A stretch of 64,000 bases of DNA, taken from assembly GCF_009914755.1 (NCBI RefSeq), contig NC_060929.1; one strand, 5' to 3'. Position 1 is the first letter of the stretch. The number at the start of each line of letters is the position of its first letter. The notes beneath the pieces were generated by a model. That model did no database searches, was not told the DNA's origin, and worked only from the letters and a program-made list of their open reading frames with translations. Positions 1 to 14,440 of the stretch are shown here, in pieces. Origin of the DNA: the human T2T-CHM13v2.0 reference genome, Homo sapiens. Position numbers and translations under genes: made by a program.

Positions 1-199
1 TGAAACTCCGTCTCTACTAAAAAAATACAAAAATTAGCTGGACGTCGTGGTATGCACCTATAATCCCAGCTACTCGGGAGGCTGAGGCAGGAGAATCACT
101 TGAACCTGGGAGGTGGAGGTTGTGGTAAGGTGGTGAGCCGAGATCATGCCACTGCACTCCAGCCTGGGCAACAGAGTGAGACTCTGTCAAAAAAAAAAA
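1..199 (+). mobile_element. Alu (AluS-like), 5' part cut by window edge
   Basis: Linker tactaaaaaaatacaaaaattagc, right arm and A-tail at ~189-199. Confidence 0.95.
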
Positions 200-341
200 C
201 CTAATACTTAATTTTAGTCAAAGAACATACCATATAAATTTCAACCATTTGAAATTTACTCAACTACAGTATTGCATGTGTGAAATAAATGTATATTCAG
301 CAGTTTGATATTATATGTTCTTTAAATGTCATTAGCCTATT

Positions 342-835
342 GTGGTGAAACTGGCCCAATTGTCCCATAGTACTGATGTTTATGGTTTCTTCAAATAAAC
401 ATAGAAATTGATCCTTCCAGTATTAAAACTTGAGAAAGTTACATTTGCCTTACCTGAGTTCCTTTCTCAGGAAACCAACCATCGGGCCTCCCAGATAGCA
501 TCAAGGAGCTGAAACTTACCAGATCACCACCCACATCTGGATAATCAGATGCTAGACCCTTCACCCATCATGATTCCCTAACTGACCATCTGCTTCCTGT
601 TGAACAACTTATTTTCCTTATCCTTTCCCAATTCCTGTTTTCCCATACATGGTTACATTTATTCCCTGCTCTATAAACCCCTAATTTTAGTCATTCGGGT
701 AGATGGATGACAGATTGATCTCAACTGCAGCACCTAATTAAAGCATCTTCCCTGGCAATACCTATTGTTTCAGTGATTGGCTTTCTGTGTGCTGAGCAGT
801 GGGACCTAGGCCAAACTCTTAGGGTTCTGGTAACA
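342..835 (+). mobile_element. ERV1-class solo LTR (MER39-like)
   Basis: tg...taaca termini, tataaa at ~672, attaaa at ~737; body resembles recalled MER39 consensus; subfamily uncertain. Confidence 0.7.
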
Positions 836-3480
836 ATATTTGTCTTTGTCAAACATATCTGCATTATTACAGTCTAGTTGATTTATCAAATTTTGAGAAA
901 TATTTAAATCTCCATCTGAGACTTATGTTTTTTTCCTTTCTTTCTCTCAGTTTCCTTTAAAATTTTTGAAAATCTCCATTTGAGTGCATACATATATACG
1001 AGTTATGTTTTCCTAATACATTTACCCTTTCATTAAAGCATTGCTATATCCTTTTCTTGAAGCCAATTTTATTAAACTAGGACATAATCGTACAAGATTT
1101 TTTGGTTTTTGTTCTACAATATTTCCTTTTTATCTTTTTAACTTATTTGTTGCATTGATTGAAACTGTTTCCTTCTGTTAGCATCAGGTAATTGATCTTG
1201 CAAATTTGGACAATCACTAATTTTCACATGATTATTTAAGTATTTGGTTACTGTCTGTAATTTTTCTATTTTTTTCCATAAGTCTGCATTCTTCTTGTAT
1301 CTTTCTGCTTCTAATTTTCTGCCTTGTTAATTTAAAAATTATAAAATTCAAGGCCAGGCAGGATGACGCAGGATGACTCATCCTGTAATCCCAGCACTTT
1401 GGGAGGCTGAGGTAGGCAGATCGCTTGAGCTCAGGAGTTTGAGACCAGCCTGGGCAACATAGTGAGATCCCAGCTCTACAGAATATACAAAAATTAGGCA
1501 AGCATAGTGACACATGCCTGTAGTCCCAGCTTCTCAAGAGGCTGAGGAAGGAAGATCGTTTGATCCCAGAAGGTAGAGGTTGCAGTGAGCCAAGATCATG
1601 CCGTGTTACTTCAGCCTGGGTGCTAGAGTGAGACTCTGTCTCGAAAAAATACATACTTAGAACTCCATTTTTACTGTTTTACTATATTTCCTGTTATGAT
1701 GCTTTGAATGTATGTGTTTCTGTATTTATTTATGTAATTATTATTTTATTGGGTACTCTAGGCATTATTTCTATACATTTTAACCTATCACAAGTTGACT
1801 AGAGGCTATATTTTACTACCTCCAATAAAATAAATATACCTAACAATGTTTTAGTTACATTTACCACCTGCTTGATGCTATTGCTGTCATATGCATTACA
1901 CATGAAGAGATCCTAAATCTTTAATACATCTATAGTATTATAGTTGGTCATTTAAATTGTCTAATATCTCATTTGGTCTGCTTTATTTCTTCCTATGGAT
2001 CTAATTTATCTGCAAGTGCCACACATATTTAACCTAAAGACCTTCTATTAGTATTTCTTGTAGTGATAATTTGCCAGTGATGAGTTATCTGTTTTTGCTT
2101 ACCTCAGAGAGATTTTGTCTTTCTTTTAAATTATGTTATAGATATATGCTCTAACTTAGATTTATTCCAACCTCTAAAGAGTTGTTCCATCAACTTCCCC
2201 CTCCAATTCTGATGAAAACTAGCAGCTATTCTTTTTCTTCTTTTTCTGTACAAAAAGAGGTTTTCAATCTGATGCATTAATCATTTTCTCTTTTGCTTCT
2301 GATTTTAGCAGTTTCATTATGATACACTCAGCGTGGTTTTACTTGCATTTATTCTGCATAGAGTTTTTTGTATTTCTTAGAATTGTGTGTAATAATATTC
2401 ATCAAATTTTGGAAGGTTTTGACCTTTATTTCTTCAAATTTTGTTTTGGCCACATTGTCTCTTTCCTTCCTTTCTGATGATCTCCCTGCGTGTATGATAG
2501 ACAATTTGATGTTTTTTCCAAAGACCCCTGAGACTCAATATTGTATTTTTGTTTTTTGGATTGTGTATCTACTAATCTATCCTTAAGTTTATGGGTGATT
2601 TATTTGTTTTTGGCACTCTGCTTTAATTTCATTATTTTTCATTTTATTCCATTTATGTTACTTTCAGCTTGCAGATTTTCATTTGAATGTTTTTGTAGTT
2701 TCTACATCTCTTCCTAGATATTTGAAATGTTTTTTCATTGTGTATATTTTTAGTGTCATGAGCATATTTATGTAAGTTACACTAAAGTTCTTTTCAGTCA
2801 GTTGCAACATCTGGGTTAATCTGTGTTAATTGGCTTCTACTTATAAATATTTTTGTTGGCTATTGATACATTTTATCATTTTTTTCTCATATTTGAAGAT
2901 TTGTAATCAGGTTTGGACATTATAAATAACACTTTATAAAGATATGGAGTTTTTGTGTTCTTTTCAAGAAGGATTTTTGTTAAACAGGCCAATAGCTTAG
3001 ATGGACACAACTCTTCCTCCTCTGTGTTAGGAAACACTTGAAATCTTCCCTCAGTTTCTTAAGTTTTCAGCTGCTGTTTCATGACAACTCTGGTTCCTCT
3101 TTCAAACAGGTAAATTATAATCAGATAAGTATTTGAATGCCTATTCAATGCAAAAGTCTTCTGTGTCTTCTTTCTTTCTAGAACCTTCCCAACATTCCTA
3201 CAGATTTGCCAGTCTCATACTATGTGATCTGACATCTCAATTTATTGAAGGTTGCAGTTTTACACATTATAGGGTAGTGAGCTCAGGCAATACGTGGCAA
3301 ATGGCAATTCTCATTTGTCTTTCCAGGGTAGGATCCCCTCTGTTCTCTGTATGCTTAATTACTCTGCAGTACCTTCATATTATTTTGTTGTGTATATGTT
3401 TCCTTGTTTTTAATTAGTCCAGATTTTATAGGGGTAATATGTGGAAGTTATAGTCTTTCCAAGTCAGACGGTCATCAGTG
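836..3480 (-). mobile_element. Old degraded L1M fragments, interrupted by an AluJ
   Basis: T-rich sequence with antisense L1M-like motifs (tagtatttcttgtagtg; tctgatgaaaactagcag; atcaaattttggaaggttttg); boundaries approximate. Confidence 0.6.
1352..1652 (+). mobile_element. AluJ-like
   Basis: Dimeric Alu with J-type gatcgcttgagctcaggagtttgagaccagcctgggcaacatag; 10-bp duplication gcaggatgac near the 5' end. Confidence 0.9.
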
Positions 3481-3494
3481 AAAGCCAGAAGTTT

Positions 3495-3857
<363 letters not shown>

Positions 3858-4552
3858 AGTATATTTAAATATAAATGTACTGATTTTATAAAGACAATGT
3901 TGCTTATATTACCTAAAATGTCTACATAATATTCGGAAAAGCAATTTCTTATGTCAATTATCAATAATTATTGAAAGTATATGCTGATTTTAACTAATTG
4001 ACCACTTTTACCTTTAAGCTTTTTAATAGATTTGTTTATTTTTTCATATTTGCAATAAAAGTTAAGGTTTATTTTTATAGGGTATAATAATACAAACAAT
4101 ACTATCACAATTATTATTAGTATTCATGATGGATAAAAATTTCATTAGATTTTAAACAAGAAAAACTTGTCTAGCTTAAGATATAGTGTACAATATTTAT
4201 TGAAAACAGCATTTGAAAGCTAATTAATAAGGCAAATTTTTCATGACAAAGGAGACACACCAATGCCATTAAAAATGAAAAAAATACTATTAATGTATCA
4301 AAGTCAAAATAGAAATGCAGAGATGAATCTCTACATTTAAAATGTTTAAATTTGGGAAGCAAGAATTGTAATTCAAAGCATACACTCACAGACTGGGTGG
4401 ACTTCAGCATGTGTGAAGAATGAAGTGAAAATTAGCAGTATTATAAAAAAAGAAATGTTCTGAGAAGAGAAGTGTTATATATGGCCCTTTAAGCAAGTTG
4501 ATTGATAACTAGTAAAGTTTTGAACTGGCAAGTTCTGATTGGTAAGTGACAG

Positions 4553-5535
4553 TGTTACCAGAAATTCTGTGTTGGGATGAATCCTTTAACTGAGGAGATC
4601 AAAAGAGCCAGAGCTCTGGACCGGCAATCACAGTTCTTGTGATAGTAAGCAAAGAATTGCGAACTAGCACCAAAATGCAAGCTCCAAGCGAAGTTTACTG
4701 AAGCACCATAAGACGCTCTGAGTGAGAGTGGGCTGATTTCTGCAAAGTGAAATCAGAACTTCTTTACAAAGCTTAAGGTGCTTTTACTGTGTTTGTGGGA
4801 AGGAGTTGGGGGTTGGGCTGCGTTTGAGTGACAGGATGATGTCATTTGATTGGCCCTGTAACTGAAGTTAAATTGTGCATGTTCTTCTTACCCATAATTC
4901 ATACAGAAAAGCCCACTTGGTGGGGTGGAGGGTAAAACCACATGTAAATTTTATTTATTTATTTATTTATTTGAGACAGAGTCTTGTTCTGTTGCCAGGC
5001 TGGAGTGCAGTGGCACGATCTTGGCTCACTGTAACCTCTGCCCCTGGGTTCAAGCGATTCTCGTGCCTCAGCCTCTGGAGTAGCTGAGATTACAGGTGTG
5101 CGCCACCACACCCAGATAATTTTTGTATGTTTAGTAGAGACAGGCTTTCCCCATGTTGGCCAGGATGGTCTTGATCTCCTGACCTCGTGATCCACCCGCC
5201 TCGGCCTCCCAAAGTTTTGGGATTACAGGCATGAGCCACCACACCAGGTGGTAAACTTTATTATATTGATGGTATGATGAACTTGGGGTGACCTTGAGGA
5301 CACGGTTTTATATTACTGGGCATGCTCCACTTTAGGGAATTTCCACCTGTGCCCCAGTTTCTCTTTCTTCAGGGTGTTCTGGCCACAAACTTTACCACAA
5401 ACTCCATCCCTTACGGTGGAGTTAGGGTGGTCTTGAAGATGAACTCAGGCAGGCCAGAGGTGACTTTAGTGACAGCCTTTTTGCTCTCCTCTTTTGACCC
5501 CTCCCAGCTGCTAATGTCTGTCTAACTACCTAACA
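4553..5535 (-). mobile_element. ERV1-class solo LTR containing an Alu
   Basis: Termini tgttacc...cctaaca; flanks acag/gcag (4-bp TSD, one mismatch). Confidence 0.75.
4950..5249 (-). mobile_element. AluSc-like
   Basis: Antisense Alu with (ttta)n tail; TSD-like gtaaa(t/c)tttatt. Confidence 0.93.
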
Positions 5536-8500
5536 GCAGAGGTAGATAAAACCACCCCTGGAGTCCAGCAGGTTGTTTCAGCAGCTAATAGTTAGAACTG
5601 GTTTCAGGTTAGAACAGGCAGTTTCAGCAGCCAAACTTGTAGAGAATCACATTCCTGGGGAAAGGTTGTTTGCCTTGAGTGCTTTTTCACCATGGCTTCT
5701 CAACTCTGTTTTAGGTGAGTATGACAAGAATGACCCAATTTTTCCTATCAACTTTTACAAACGAAAGGATAAAGTAGTAAATTGGCATGGGACACATTTT
5801 AAAACCGTATACTAAATAATATGGTGCAAAGAATAAATTATATTCTAGAGAAAAAAGTAAATAGCTTATCATTATTTAAAATGTTAGAGATTACATGCTT
5901 TGAAAGGAATATATTCCAAGATAAATATAAATATTACATAAACAAATAAAATACTGAAAACTCTTTTTAGTATTTGATAATTGTTTTTTGTTGCCAGTAC
6001 ATTGCACTAGCTCTCAAGAAAATGTATCAATAGTTTTAACAAATTTTTGATCTAGGGCTGACTACATCCACAAATTTGATGTACATCAAAATATTTTCTG
6101 ATATATCTCCTTTGTACAACTCCTTTGTCTTTATGATCTCATAATTATCCAAATATTAGCATTACCATAGTATTAAACATACTTCTTTTTCTCAGATAGT
6201 GATCATGTCAGAGAAAAGACAACACAGGTACCTACCTCAAAAATTATTAAAATCTCTCAGTATATGGAAATATGCCTCCTTCTCAGAAATGTCAGTATAC
6301 TGCTACACATTACAAACATTATAATGTATGTAATGATGCCTGCACTAATCAAAGCTGTTTCTAGTCTTTTCCTTGTATAAATACTAATGCTACATTAGAC
6401 ATTTATGTATGTCTTTGTACCCTTGTAAGAAAATCTCTTGTTACAAATTTCTTAATACAATATTGATATAGGATTGATACAGGCAAGACATAAACATTTT
6501 TATTTTAGAACAAATTAAATTGCCCCTATTACTCACATGAAAGGAGAAACCACTTTCCTCATTCTCTAAAACATCAAACTTAATGAAATTATTATTTCCT
6601 ATACACATGACCATGAGAAAATGTATTTCATGGGATTTTCTCTCAATGTATAATTCCCTACATATTAATGGGGTTGAAGTTAAACTAATTTTTATTTTCC
6701 AAAACTTTGGGTATTTCTTTACCTGTAGATTTCCTGTTTATATCTGCTAGTGTTGCTTATCATAACTCTTTAGTGATATTATTAATATTGGTTATATATA
6801 TTTTCTCACCTCTTTTCTTTGTCATTTACCTTATTTATTGCTGTCTCTCATTGTAAAGCAATGTTAACTTTTTCTATAGTCAACATTTTCCTTGCAGCTG
6901 GGCCAGGACTAAGGGCAGCAGAAACATCTGTGGATTAATGTTGTCGAAAGCTGAGAGCTGTTTGTCATTATAATGAGGACAGCGGCAGGCAAAACTTGGA
7001 AAAATGTGTAGGAAATAATTTTAATGGAACAATGATTTTTAGGGTCAGAAGTGTGTCTACAATAGAAAATCCACACCTGGCCCTAGCAATCTAATGAGAG
7101 GAGTCAAGCTTCTCAAAAGCAATGTGAAAATTTCCTGCGATTAAAAAATAAAAAAAAAAAGAAGGATGAGAATGAAAACAAACATGGTGGGTAGTATTAA
7201 GGTGCAAGTAGTGAAAACATTACGCCAGCTCTTAAGAAGATATCCAAAATATATTGACTTAGTTAACGATTATTTTATCTGTACGCTCATTCAACAAAGT
7301 ATATAGACAAATACCTGTGTCTTCTAAAACAAATTTGGGAACGTCGCGTACATACAATTTTAAAGCCTGCTTATTTTCAATAATCAATGAATTGTGAAGC
7401 ATTCTTATTGTTGCTAAGCATATTTTTTAAAACTTAGAATGTACTTTGCTCTGAGTCTTTAAAACCATCATATTATTAGGATTACAACTTTTCTAGCTTT
7501 GATATTTCATTTATAGTAAACTTTATACTGTCCTATTTATTGCTAGCTTATAAGTACATATTATAAACAAAAAATAATTCGATTGTAAATATTCTGTCAA
7601 AATGAGTCTACATATAAAAATTTGCTGGATGTTGTGTAGATAGTAAACTTAAGATATAAGATATTTACACCTAGACCTGAAATTAGATCAGGTGAAACAT
7701 TTCTTACCTAATATTCCTCTAGAAAGCTGATTGAGATGAAGAGGTTTCTCTGTTGCCAATTATGTTCAGGGTTTTAGTTCAAATAAACAAAATTTAGTTA
7801 AGTAAGAATTTAATAACCTTCATCTGGTAGAAAACTCACATATGTAGTAAATATTTGAATTGGACTTGAAACATGGTCCACCTCACCATGCTTTGAAAGA
7901 ATTCACAGTTCAGATTGTTAACACCATTTCTATGACTTTACTATACATTATATTGTGAATTGGACAAAGAAAAGGTAATCTGTTCCTGTGAATGCTTTTA
8001 GGCTATATTTGCCTGCAAAGTAGAATTCTATATGTTGTGCAATCTTTGTGCTTGCTTTCATTTAAAATGTGAGTCAGTACTCTGAGAGATGACAGCAAAG
8101 TGAATATATCCTATTTTGATACTCCAACACACTTTTTGACTTCTCAGATTCCCGATATTTTTCTTTTTGATTAGCATTTAGAGGATGATACTGTACATGT
8201 CCTGAGACCCTTATCTCTATATCTTCTCCAATTTCTAGATCAAGCAGGGTGTCGAATGGAATGACTATTGAGGAATGTTTTCTTCTGCTGTGACCTTACT
8301 GATATTTCCCTTGAGATGTAGTTAAAAAAAGTTTACTAGAACTTCCAAGCCTAGAGTTGCTTTACCTATTAAGAAACATGCAGGATTTCCAACATGTTGC
8401 AGAATGCTCTATATTACTGGAAGTAACTAGAATCATTTTCTTCTCACTGAACTCTGTGGTTCCTGTGATAGTTCTGATGTCATGTTGGTATCAAAATATG

Positions 8501-9479
8501 TCCTTCATTTTGTATTGAAAATAATATTTAAAATCTTGCCATCTGTCAAAAAAATGGACAATCACTTTTATATTTCACACAACAAACCCAAATTGACTTT
8601 ACATGTACTTATTATTTAACCCTAATAATTCTTTCTCACAACTGTTTTGATAATCTTTAGGAGGTCATCATTATAAAGCTATATTGATAGAGGAATATCA
8701 CATGCCAATATTGTATAATGTAACACTTCTCAGCCAAAATCTAGTAGAAATGGTTTAAGCCAAATTTTTACAAGTGTGTGCAAAGCCTGTCAAGCAGCTT
8801 GGAAAGAAAGTTCAATAACAACACAAATTACACTAAATGGTAAAACACACTTGAGGTAGATTATAGAGGGTATACTTATTTTTTATCTGCAGTGATCTGT
8901 CATGTATTTGTCAACAATTTCACTATATCTCAGCTTTTCTCTCTATAAAAATAAGGTACTTCATTTTCTAATTTTTTTGTGTAAATGTAGGTAAAATGTG
9001 TCTTATCTAGAGAATATAGTTTAATTGTATTTCAAAATTTGGTGTTGCCATTGAATTTGTAAACTTTACTTGGTGTTATTCAACTTAAAAGTATTTGTAT
9101 AGATAAATAATAGATTGGTGCTTATTGGATGTTTTTAAGTTAAAAAAACTAGTGGCAAAAAAATTAAAAATCATATTTTAATTTATAGTTTATAGGTCTA
9201 TGTTTATTAGTGTCTTTGTTTCGACTAATTTTCTTTTCTGTGCAAAATACTATCTTTCACCTTGTATTGTCTTTCTGGCATATATACATAACATATTTTT
9301 TATTCTAAAAATTTTTTGATTATAAAACTTTAGCAACACAATTATTTTATCAAAGATATTTTTGCTCGAGCGACTTCCGTCTACTGAAACAGGCCCTGAA
9401 ATATCTATCACTACCATGTTATTGGGAATAACCCAATAATGAAGCTATATAAACTTCAGTGTACAAACAGCATTCAGTT

Positions 9480-9760
9480 CACCTAAATTTTCTTGGTGGG
9501 AATAGGAAATTATGATATGCAGAATATTAATTTTCCAACTTGAAGTATGTGAAGGTCATACAAAGATAAGGGAGTAAGCTCATTTCAGGAAGAGGCAGCA
9601 AATGGTCTAAAGCACAGAGCTATGAAATACCTCTTTCTTTAGGAAATGGCACAATATTCTATGTCACTTGAGAGGCAAATGGATCAAGAAAGACAATATG
9701 ATGCTGCGAGATTTGGATGCCGTGCTAAAGAGGTTTACAATGGGAGGTATTTACTTATTT
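9480..9760 (+). mobile_element. L2 fragment
   Basis: Degenerate L2-like purine-rich motifs (ttcaggaagaggcagcaaatggtctaaagcacagag; gccgtgctaaagaggttt). Confidence 0.4.
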
Positions 9761-10722
9761 ATACAAAGAGTAAAATCACTGCATATGGACTGGGCTTTAA
9801 ATAAATAGGGGGCAAGGCAAACAAAATGTTTTACATTATTTAAGTTACACCAGTGTAATGCCTAAATTGAATGGATATATCTTGGTTTGGATATTAGCTT
9901 ACAGCTAACATGTGAGTATGATATTTCCAAGTCTTTGTCTCAAATCATCCTATCCTAGGGCTGTAAGTTACACTAGGCTACACTCCACACATACACACAC
10001 ACATACGTATACCATGATCATTATCAGCCACTTAATTGTCATCAAATATAATTATCAGAGATGAAATTAAAGGTAAGTTCCGGCAGCAAGGCTCTTGATC
10101 TACCCCATAAGAAAAAAAAATAACTTTCATACTGTAAATATTTGTCCACTTGATACACTGGTGAAAATAGAGTGTGGACACTTCTCAGTGCAGTCTCCAG
10201 GACTAGAAAATTAAGGAAGACATGGTGAGAAATGTAGTTACCTGGGCTCTAGCGTAGCCCATATTAAAGTCTCCTAAAGAGATAACACTAGTGCAGAAAG
10301 AAAGAATGCTCCCACTGTATTAACAGGTCTTCTTACAACTGAAATCACTTCAATAATAATTCAAAGGTTATTTGATCCTCACAACTGTCTTGAGGTAGAC
10401 AGGAAAAAAATAGACTTGAAATTATGCAGAGATCATGTAAGTAGATGTGTTATGTATAAATTATAAAATAACTGACATTTCTATCCTTTACCTACTCTAT
10501 CTTCTTTCATTGCTTCTTTAAAATTAATATTAAAGTCTACCCAGTAAAATGAAGCATTGTGTTCAGGTGACACTGGATTTTACTATTAAAATAGGTACAA
10601 GCTGTCATAAAAATAAACAGATATTAACACCATTAGTATTAAATTTGAACATTTTATAGAAAGTCTTAAAATTATTAAGAAAATATTGATATGATTCAGA
10701 GAGCAGACAGTGTCTTACCTAC

Positions 10723-13392
10723 CATATGAGTTTCCTTATGAGTGTATAACAAGCTACACAGAGTTGGTGACTTAAACAACAGATATTCATTCTCTCACAG
10801 TTTAGAAGGACAAAAGTGAAATATCAGTATCACTGGGCTGAAATTAAGGTGTGTTAACAGGACCAGCTCCATCGGGGGACTCTGAAAAGAGAAACTCTGG
10901 CCAGGCGCAGTGGCGCATGCCTGTAATCCCAGCACTTTGGGAGGCCGAGACGGGCAGATCATCTGAGGTCAGGAGTTCAAGACCAGCCTTCAACATGGTG
11001 AAACCCTGTCTCTACTAAAAATACAAAAATTAGCTGGGTGTAGTGGCAGGCACCTGTAATCCCAGCTACTCGGGAGGCTGAGGCAAGAGAATTGCTTGAA
11101 CCTGAACCGGGGAGGCGGAGGTTGCAGTGAGCGGAGGTTGCAGTGAGCGGAGATTGCGCCATTGCACTCCAGCCTGGGCAACAAGAGCGAAACTTCCTCT
11201 CAAAAATAAAAATAAAAATAAAATCTTCCTTGTCTCTTACAGCCTCTGATGGCTGCCATCATTCCTTGCCTTGTGCCACATTTCTCAGATCTCTACCTAT
11301 GTGATAACATTGCTTTCTTCTCTGTATGTATGTCAAGTCTCTCTCTGCCTTCTCATATATGGATACTTGCGATTGCATTTAAAGACCACTAAGAATATCC
11401 TGGATAATCCGCTCATCTTTACATTCTTACCTAATCTGAATTGCAGAGGCACATTTTTTCCCCATTGTAATATGTACAAGTTCAAGAAATTAGGACTTAT
11501 ATTTAGGGGAAACACTTTTCAGCCTATTATAGTCTTTCCTCTGACATTTATAGATTCATGTCCATCCCAGATTTAAAATATATTCACTCTATCCCAACAT
11601 TTTCCAAATCTCAACATATTAAGGCATCAGCCCAAGTTCTAAATGCCATCTAAATATCATCAGTCCCAAAAATTCAAAGTTGATCATCTGAATAATGTAA
11701 ATCACATATATATGATACTCTGGGTATGATCCATCCTGAGGAAAATTTTTTCTCAATTTATATACCTGTAAAACTAGAAAATTTATCTGTTGCCAAAATG
11801 CAATGGTGGGTGAGGCATAGTCTAACTTTTTAAAACACTGTCATTCCAAAAGGGAGAAAACGAAAGAAAGGAGTCAGAATTTCCAAACAATTTTGAAATC
11901 AAGCAGGGAAAATTTACCTAGGTTTCGTGGCCTGAAAGTAATTCATTGTAGCTCAGGACTCTGCCTCCTGCAGCGTGGCTCGGGATTCTGCCTCTTTGCC
12001 TGCAGATTGGGCCTCTTCTTTGTTCATACTGTAGATCCTGGGCCCAAGTGTCTGCCCTGAGAGTCATCCTTTCTTTTTCTTGAAGGATGACACATACGTA
12101 CTTCACAGTACTTTCATCAGCCTGTTTATTGCCTGTAGAGTTTTGGTTGTTAAACTACCTTTGCTTATTTAATCTCTGACTATTTTAGTTCAAGCCGGCA
12201 GTATTTATGCTGATACAACATTCTAAAAAACTTGTGGGTCTCCCATGTATTTTACAGGAATTCACACCTTTAGACAAGAGCATCCTCCACAGATCTTTCT
12301 TGAATAATCCAATCTCTATTCCTGCCTTCTATAAGATGGTTGAGTGAATCAATGAGCCCATGCATGTAGTCTCCTCGGTGCTAGTAACAGGTGCCCAGCT
12401 GCACCATGGTCCATCACCTCAATGTGGTTTCCTCACAGTTAACTCTTTTAATGTTATCATTTTTTTTTTTGTAATGTGGATAAGCTGAGAATTTCCCAAA
12501 TCATCGTGTTAATTTCTTTTTGCATAACTATTTTTTCCTTAATAAACTACTGTCCTCTTACATTTTGATATAAGCAGGCTACACCTTTAGTAGTTTGGTT
12601 GGAAATCTCCTCAGGTAAACATCTAAATTCATTGCTTATAATTCCTGCTTCTGAAATAACCGTAGAACACAATTTAGCTAACTAAATTGTGATATACTTG
12701 TCACTACATAATAAAGATTGCCTTCCCACCAGTTTCCAATAATAGGTTCCTTTATTTCTTCTAAGTCCTTGCCAGAAGTGCTTTTGAGCATCCGCATTTC
12801 TACTAACAGTCTGTTTATGCAGATTTAGGTATTTTCTATCATTTGCCTCAAAATGTTTTTAGCTTCCACCCATTATCCAACTCGAAAGCCCCTTCACATT
12901 TTCAGGTATTTATAATAGCAACATCCAATGTCCGTGGACCAATATTTGTGTTCATTTCCTATGGCTTGTGTAATCAACCACTACGAACATGGCAGCTTCA
13001 ACATAAATTTATTGTGTCACAGTTTTAGATACTAGAAGTCCAGAATCGGTACTACTAGGCCAAAATCAAAGCGGTGGGGAGGCCACACTCCCTCCAGATG
13101 ATCTAGGGGAAGATTTGCTTGTCTCTTTCAGGTTTTAGTGGCTGCCAGCAATCTTTGGCTTGTGTTGCACCACTCCATTCTCTGACTCCAACTTCACATT
13201 GCCTTCTTCCCTGTGTGTTTAAAATCTTCAGTTGCCTTCTTCTTATAATGATAAATATGATTGTATTTAGGACTCATCCACTCAAGTTCCTTATATGTGC
13301 AAAAAAGACATTTATCTGAATAAGCTGACATTTATAAATTTCAGGTATTATTACCTGAAATATTTGATGAACATTATTCAGTCTACTCCACA
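10723..13392 (-). mobile_element. Two-LTR MaLR element (MLT1C/D/E-like LTRs plus MLT1-int)
   Basis: Homologous LTRs at ~10723-11531 and ~12947-13392 (actgggctgaaattaagg / actaggccaaaatcaaag; ggctgcca) around a ~1.4-kb internal region; minus-strand purine tract beside the left LTR. Confidence 0.85.
10899..11222 (+). mobile_element. AluS (Sx/Sq-like) inside the MLT1 LTR
   Basis: Full dimer, (aaaaat)n tail, internal 16-bp duplication gcggaggttgcagtga. Confidence 0.95.
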
Positions 13393-14339
13393 TATTTACA
13401 TACCTTAGCTTTTTTAAAATTAGTTTCATTGTACTTAATTTTATGAACATTTTGCTATTACCCTGCAGATTTTAAAAGTCTACCCTTTCTATTAAAGTAA
13501 GGGTTTTTTAAAAACATTGAATTCACTAAAGCATAATCAGTTTTTCAGAATGCTCAAGTTAAATATCAATTAAAGATATTAGAGCACATACTATTTTGTT
13601 AAGTCTGATTTTTTTATTGGTGCATAACATGTAGGCTTTCTTTAGAATAATGATGCTTTCTCGCTGGGCTAACTATTGAACAACATTTTATTTTCAGACA
13701 TTCAGTAAATGGTTTATCATGTTATTATCATTAAAAACTTAGATTATTATCTTACAAAATGGAACAACATTCTATTTATATTTTAACACACATGGCACTT
13801 CATTGCCTTCTGGCAAAATCTACCGTTAGAACATTAATGCATATATTTAATATTCCCTATTAAGTAGCAGTTTCTTGCAAGACAACCTGCTGATTTGAAG
13901 CAAAAGACCAACACAAAAAAAATGTAGCAATTATAGATGTACTATGCTGTAGGAATTGCTAGTCCCTTGTATTTCACCTCATTATACTACAAGTTTCTTC
14001 AAAGAAACAATCTGTCCCCATCACTGGTTCCTGGGGAGTGAAACTGTTGCAATTTGATTTTTGGAATTATACTTCCAAAAGTATAAAATACTTATATTTT
14101 GAAATGCAAATACTTACTCTCTCATAGACCTGCCTGGCCAACTGCTGATTATCCTAATGAAGCATTTAGTATTAATCACTTAGTAAATTTATACCAGCAG
14201 AAAGCAAGATCCTTTCTCCTTGCTCATTAGTTATATGCAAATGAAGAGAATAATTAGGGTCTTGTCTCTGGGATATAAGATAATATATATTTGAATAAAA
14301 AGTGTCATAATACAATATGATATAGGGCAGAATAAAGTA

Positions 14340-14440
14340 GGTTTGGACCTGCACTGCTTGGGGTAAACTTCAGCTCTGTCCCTGATTAGCCGTGACATCA
14401 ATCATGTCATTTATCCTGTTTTTAGTAAAATGGTAAAAAT
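14340..14440. mobile_element. MIR fragment
   Basis: cagctctgtccctgattagccgtgac...gtaaaatgg resembles the MIR core; probably continues at ~14900-15000. Confidence 0.5.

Larger units (their letters stand above)
4390..5760 (-). mobile_element. Older LTR-like element split by a younger LTR
   Basis: LTR-like sequence on both sides of 4553-5535, ending ...aacttttaca; family and left edge uncertain. Confidence 0.45.

Noticed and set aside
1232-1654. 140-aa ORF and other Alu-derived ORFs (3511, 10990, 30533, 45215, 47668, 61972)
   Set aside because: Typical antisense Alu translations.
7141-7160. Orphan A-tract as a possible retro-insertion
   Set aside because: No flanking TSD and no element body.
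9419-9439. Short hairpins (8-bp stem here, 7-bp at ~28998, 9-bp at ~47295)
   Set aside because: Too short to exceed chance in 64 kb; not terminators in a eukaryotic context.
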